Source: Blastocatellia bacterium (GTDB lineage: Bacteria > Acidobacteriota > Blastocatellia > RBC074). Taken from it: DNA of 64,000 bases. Made by a program: the position numbers and the translations under genes. The stretch spans positions 592-64,591 of the forward strand of contig JANNYF010000338.1 in assembly GCA_031409955.1 (NCBI GenBank), in the 5' to 3' direction. The notes below the pieces were generated by a model. That model did not search any database and was not told the origin of the DNA. It saw nothing but the letters and a program-made list of their open reading frames with translations. Below are positions 61,437 to 64,000 of the stretch, one piece after another (position 1 is the stretch's first letter; each line of letters opens with the position of its first letter).

Positions 61437-62121
61437 CGTCCTCCTCCGAGTTTGCAGAAAGCAGATAGCCTTCGCCGCGCCGCGTGTGAATTAAGGTGGG
61501 AGAATAGCCTTCGTCTATTTTGCGCCGCAGCCTGCGCACATACACATCAATCACATTTGAGGCGGGATCGAAGCTGTCATCCCAAACATGTTCCGCGATG
61601 GCTTCGCGTCCGAGTAATTGTCCGGCGCGCACCACAAAAAATTCCAGCAGCGCATATTCTTTGGCGGTGAGATTGATACGCTGACCATTGCGCGAGGCCG
61701 TGTGATTCGCCATGTTCAGCGTCAAATCCGCAATCTGCAAAATATCCGAACGCAGCGACGTTTGCTTGCGCCGCAACAAGGCGCGCACGCGGGCGAGCAG
61801 TTCTTTGAACTCGAACGGCTTGACCAGATAATCATCCGCGCCGCTGTCCAATCCTTGCACGCGATCATCCACCGCATCGCGTGCCGTCAGCATCAGCACC
61901 GGAATTTGGATGTTGTGTTGGCGCAGTTCGCGGCACACGGCAAAGCCATCTTTTTTCGGCAGCATCACATCCAGAATGACCAAATCGTAGTCGTTGATGG
62001 AAATGCGAAAGAGCGCGTCTTCGCCGTCTACCGCAACATCTACGGCGTAGCTTTGTTCGCGCAAACCCTTCGCCACGAAACGGGCGACGCGCGGCTCATC
62101 TTCGACCAATAACAAGCGCAT
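61426..62121 (-). CDS. OmpR-family response regulator (CusR/CzcR-like)
   Basis: MRLLLVEDEPRVARFV...DLVILDVMLP and a winged-helix C-terminus (...GYLL). Confidence 0.9.
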   Translation of the reverse strand: MRLLLVEDEPRVARFVAKGLREQSYAVDVAVDGEDALFRISINDYDLVILDVMLPKKDGFAVCRELRQHNIQIPVLMLTARDAVDDRVQGLDSGADDYLVKPFEFKELLARVRALLRRKQTSLRSDILQIADLTLNMANHTASRNGQRINLTAKEYALLEFFVVRAGQLLGREAIAEHVWDDSFDPASNVIDVYVRRLRRKIDEGYSPTLIHTRRGEGYLLSANSEEDDVQ

Positions 62122-62292
62122 GGCAGATTTTATAGCGCATCTGAAATGAAAAGACGATGAATAGGTTGGGACTTGAGGGAACTGGTTGTGTAATTGCCGC
62201 GCGGTGTAGCAGGGGCAATAAAATCAGGCAACTGCTGAGGTCTGGCGCGGTTGGTGCGCCAGCCGTTGGCCAGCGCACCAATTGGCGTCCTG

Positions 62293-63402
62293 CTATTTCG
62301 CAAACGTGAAGCGAATGCCAGTGGACAAAAACGTATCGTTTTTCTTGATGCCCGGCAGGGGCGGATTGCTCAGGTAGCGGCTGCTGTAGGCGAGGTTCCA
62401 GCTCAAGTATTTGCTGAGCGCCGTTGACAGGCCCGCATCGAAGTTCAAGCGAAACTCGCCCCGATCCGAAAAGTTGGGATAAAGGGTCACCTTCTCAAAA
62501 AACTGCGTGCGCGCATTCATTTTGTACCGCCATTCCTGCCCGACAAATCCTTCCATGGAATCACGGTTCAAGGTGGTGTACGTGGGCGTTGGCACTGCGA
62601 CCGTGGGCGCAGGCGTGACATCGAACGTTTCTTTGTTGTAGGCGATGCCGCCAAACACGTCGAACGTCGAACGCTCGCTTTTCACCACATTATAGCCAAA
62701 GCCGCCGCCCGCCACGAAGCGCAAATCCAGGCGCAAAAATTCATCGAAATCGAAGTTCGTAAAGCCAAACACGAAGCTTCGATCCGACAGTTTCAAATCG
62801 TATTGCACGCCGGCCCGCTTGGCGTTGGCAATGCGGCGCGATGGTTTGACATTGCGATCCGTGGCCGAGATTTGCCGATAAAACACAGCGGTTTTGTCAC
62901 GCCGCGTGAGGCGCACCAAATCCAATCCGGCGGTCGTGGTCGTCGTCGCCGAATTTCCGGTCGTCAACGCAATGCCAAAATCCGCTGTGCCAGCCCACAA
63001 ATCCAACACACTCGGATTGGCAAAGCGATCCTGTTCTTTTTGCCACGCGGCCTGTTCGTCGTTGTTGCGCATCGTCGTGATGTCACTCTTAGCTAATTCG
63101 ACTTTGCCTGCGTCTTTGGTGGTGACTTCGATTTTGTTTTCAGCCGAGGCGAGTGTGCCGATGAGCTTTTGCCCGCTCTTGGAAAACACATTGAGTTGCT
63201 GGGTTGACTCGACATCTTGAATCGCATCCCAATTGACGGTGACGGGGCCAGCATAGTCAGTTTTGATGACGAGCGCTTTTTCGTCGGATTTGACAATCGT
63301 TCCCGTCAGACGATCTCCGTTTTTCAATTTAATCGTGTCGGCAGTAGCTTGTGCGCCCAAAACAAATAGGCAAACGACCACCAACAAAAACACCTTACGC
63401 AT
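62293..63402 (-). CDS. Outer-membrane beta-barrel protein (DUF481-like, tentative)
   Basis: A signal peptide, alternating amphipathic beta-strands and a C-terminal TFAK-like end. The family was not verified. Confidence 0.4.
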   Translation of the reverse strand: MRKVFLLVVVCLFVLGAQATADTIKLKNGDRLTGTIVKSDEKALVIKTDYAGPVTVNWDAIQDVESTQQLNVFSKSGQKLIGTLASAENKIEVTTKDAGKVELAKSDITTMRNNDEQAAWQKEQDRFANPSVLDLWAGTADFGIALTTGNSATTTTTAGLDLVRLTRRDKTAVFYRQISATDRNVKPSRRIANAKRAGVQYDLKLSDRSFVFGFTNFDFDEFLRLDLRFVAGGGFGYNVVKSERSTFDVFGGIAYNKETFDVTPAPTVAVPTPTYTTLNRDSMEGFVGQEWRYKMNARTQFFEKVTLYPNFSDRGEFRLNFDAGLSTALSKYLSWNLAYSSRYLSNPPLPGIKKNDTFLSTGIRFTFAK

Positions 63403-63624
63403 TTTACTGTCCTCCAAATAGGCTGTTAGAATTTCAATTTATTGTTATCGCAACGCACAATCACGAGGTGGGAAATTTATTACGATCAAGTCTTAATAGT
63501 GCCTGATCTGCGCGTATTGGAGCATATTTCGCAGCGTGTTTCCAGTCGGTGTTTCCATTGACAGCCCTCGCAGAATTGCCGATGATCCGATCTGTACCTT
63601 ATTTGCGAAAAGGAAATAGAACTT

Positions 63625-63924
63625 ATGAGTGCTGTAGTCATTCCTCAACTTGCAATTCCAACCGATCAGGAAGCAATCTCCCGCGTGAATCGCTGGTTAC
63701 ACCGTGAGGTCGGGATGTTTTTGCATGCAACCACTGCAACATTCGATCCGGTAAGTTTTTATTGGCATTTGCCGGTTGAACTCGCGTATGCAACACACGG
63801 TACTTTAGGCGTCGTGGGAGATATTTTCATCAACGCCGCAACCGGAGCCTTTGCGGGGCCGCCTGACCCGACGGAAATCCAGCGACGGGCTGAAGCTTTG
63901 GCAACAGCTTATGGGATCGAATAA
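63625..63924 (+). CDS. Hypothetical 99-aa protein
   Basis: A clean ORF with a ribosome-binding-like aaaaggaaa 8 nt upstream. Its stop overlaps the next start (TAATG). Confidence 0.35.
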   Translation: MSAVVIPQLAIPTDQEAISRVNRWLHREVGMFLHATTATFDPVSFYWHLPVELAYATHGTLGVVGDIFINAATGAFAGPPDPTEIQRRAEALATAYGIE

Positions 63925-64000
63925 TGATTAGCTGGTATGCTCAGGAACAGCCCACCTCTTGCGTCGCAGCCTGTATTCGGATGGGTTTAAGCAGCTTTTC
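63924..64000 (+). CDS. 5' fragment of a possible C39-like cysteine peptidase domain protein; it continues beyond the window.
   Basis: MISWYAQEQPTSCVAACIRMGL resembles the C39/C39-like Q-x5-C-x2-AC-x2-M catalytic-cysteine motif. Only 25 codons are visible. Confidence 0.2.
   Translation, partial: MISWYAQEQPTSCVAACIRMGLSSF

Overview
This 64-kb window looks like a high-GC (~57%) chromosomal segment from a Gram-negative bacterium; the Acidobacteriota assignment and the family matches below are recalled from memory, since no database search could be run. The Acidobacteriota guess rests on a 1329-aa carboxypeptidase-regulatory-domain TonB-dependent receptor, DUF4097, a FecR-like domain followed by a disordered tail, and many PAS histidine kinases. 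The window is gene-dense on both strands. The main blocks are:

- A partial RND membrane-fusion protein at the 5' edge.
- A complete type IV pilus motor and regulation block: pilB, pilT, pilC, a PilS-like kinase, a sigma-54 PilR and a major pilin. It is followed by a prenyltransferase-repeat protein and a TAT-signal DUF362 protein.
- An unusual ABC-2 exporter operon (permease, unknown membrane protein, ATPase), flanked by short periodic repeats.
- A convergent DUF4097 gene.
- A response regulator and hybrid kinase pair, divergent from a large secreted FecR-domain protein with a Trp-rich and a disordered region.
- A block for a GT2 glycosyltransferase, a D-aminoacylase, an OPT oligopeptide transporter, a sulfatase, a beta-lactamase-family hydrolase, a GNAT and a Gfo/Idh/MocA oxidoreductase.
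- A low-GC non-coding stretch carrying tandem hairpins.
- Miscellaneous genes: an HExxH protein, a zinc-ribbon protein, a YdjM-like hydrolase, the large TonB-dependent receptor, a YdcF-like gene, glpK, a cation/proton antiporter, a class I aldolase and an alpha/beta hydrolase.
- An orphan 1224-aa NRPS-like protein with two condensation domains around a truncated adenylation domain, which is itself flanked by internal inverted repeats.
- A PP2C phosphatase, a cystathionine gamma-synthase-family enzyme, a degenerate beta-lactamase-fold lipoprotein, kdsB and a coiled-coil ORF.
- A heavy-metal-type two-component system with an outer-membrane, fusion and RND efflux cluster, separated by a ~180-bp nested palindrome.
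- A DUF481-like outer-membrane protein, a small ORF and a C39-like peptidase fragment at the 3' edge.

No rRNA, tRNA, CRISPR array or transposase was recognised. Several families of intergenic palindromic or miniature repeats are present. The most unusual items are the orphan C-A*-C NRPS-like protein, the periodic GANTC array, the ABC-2 operon with its embedded unknown gene, and the repeat families.
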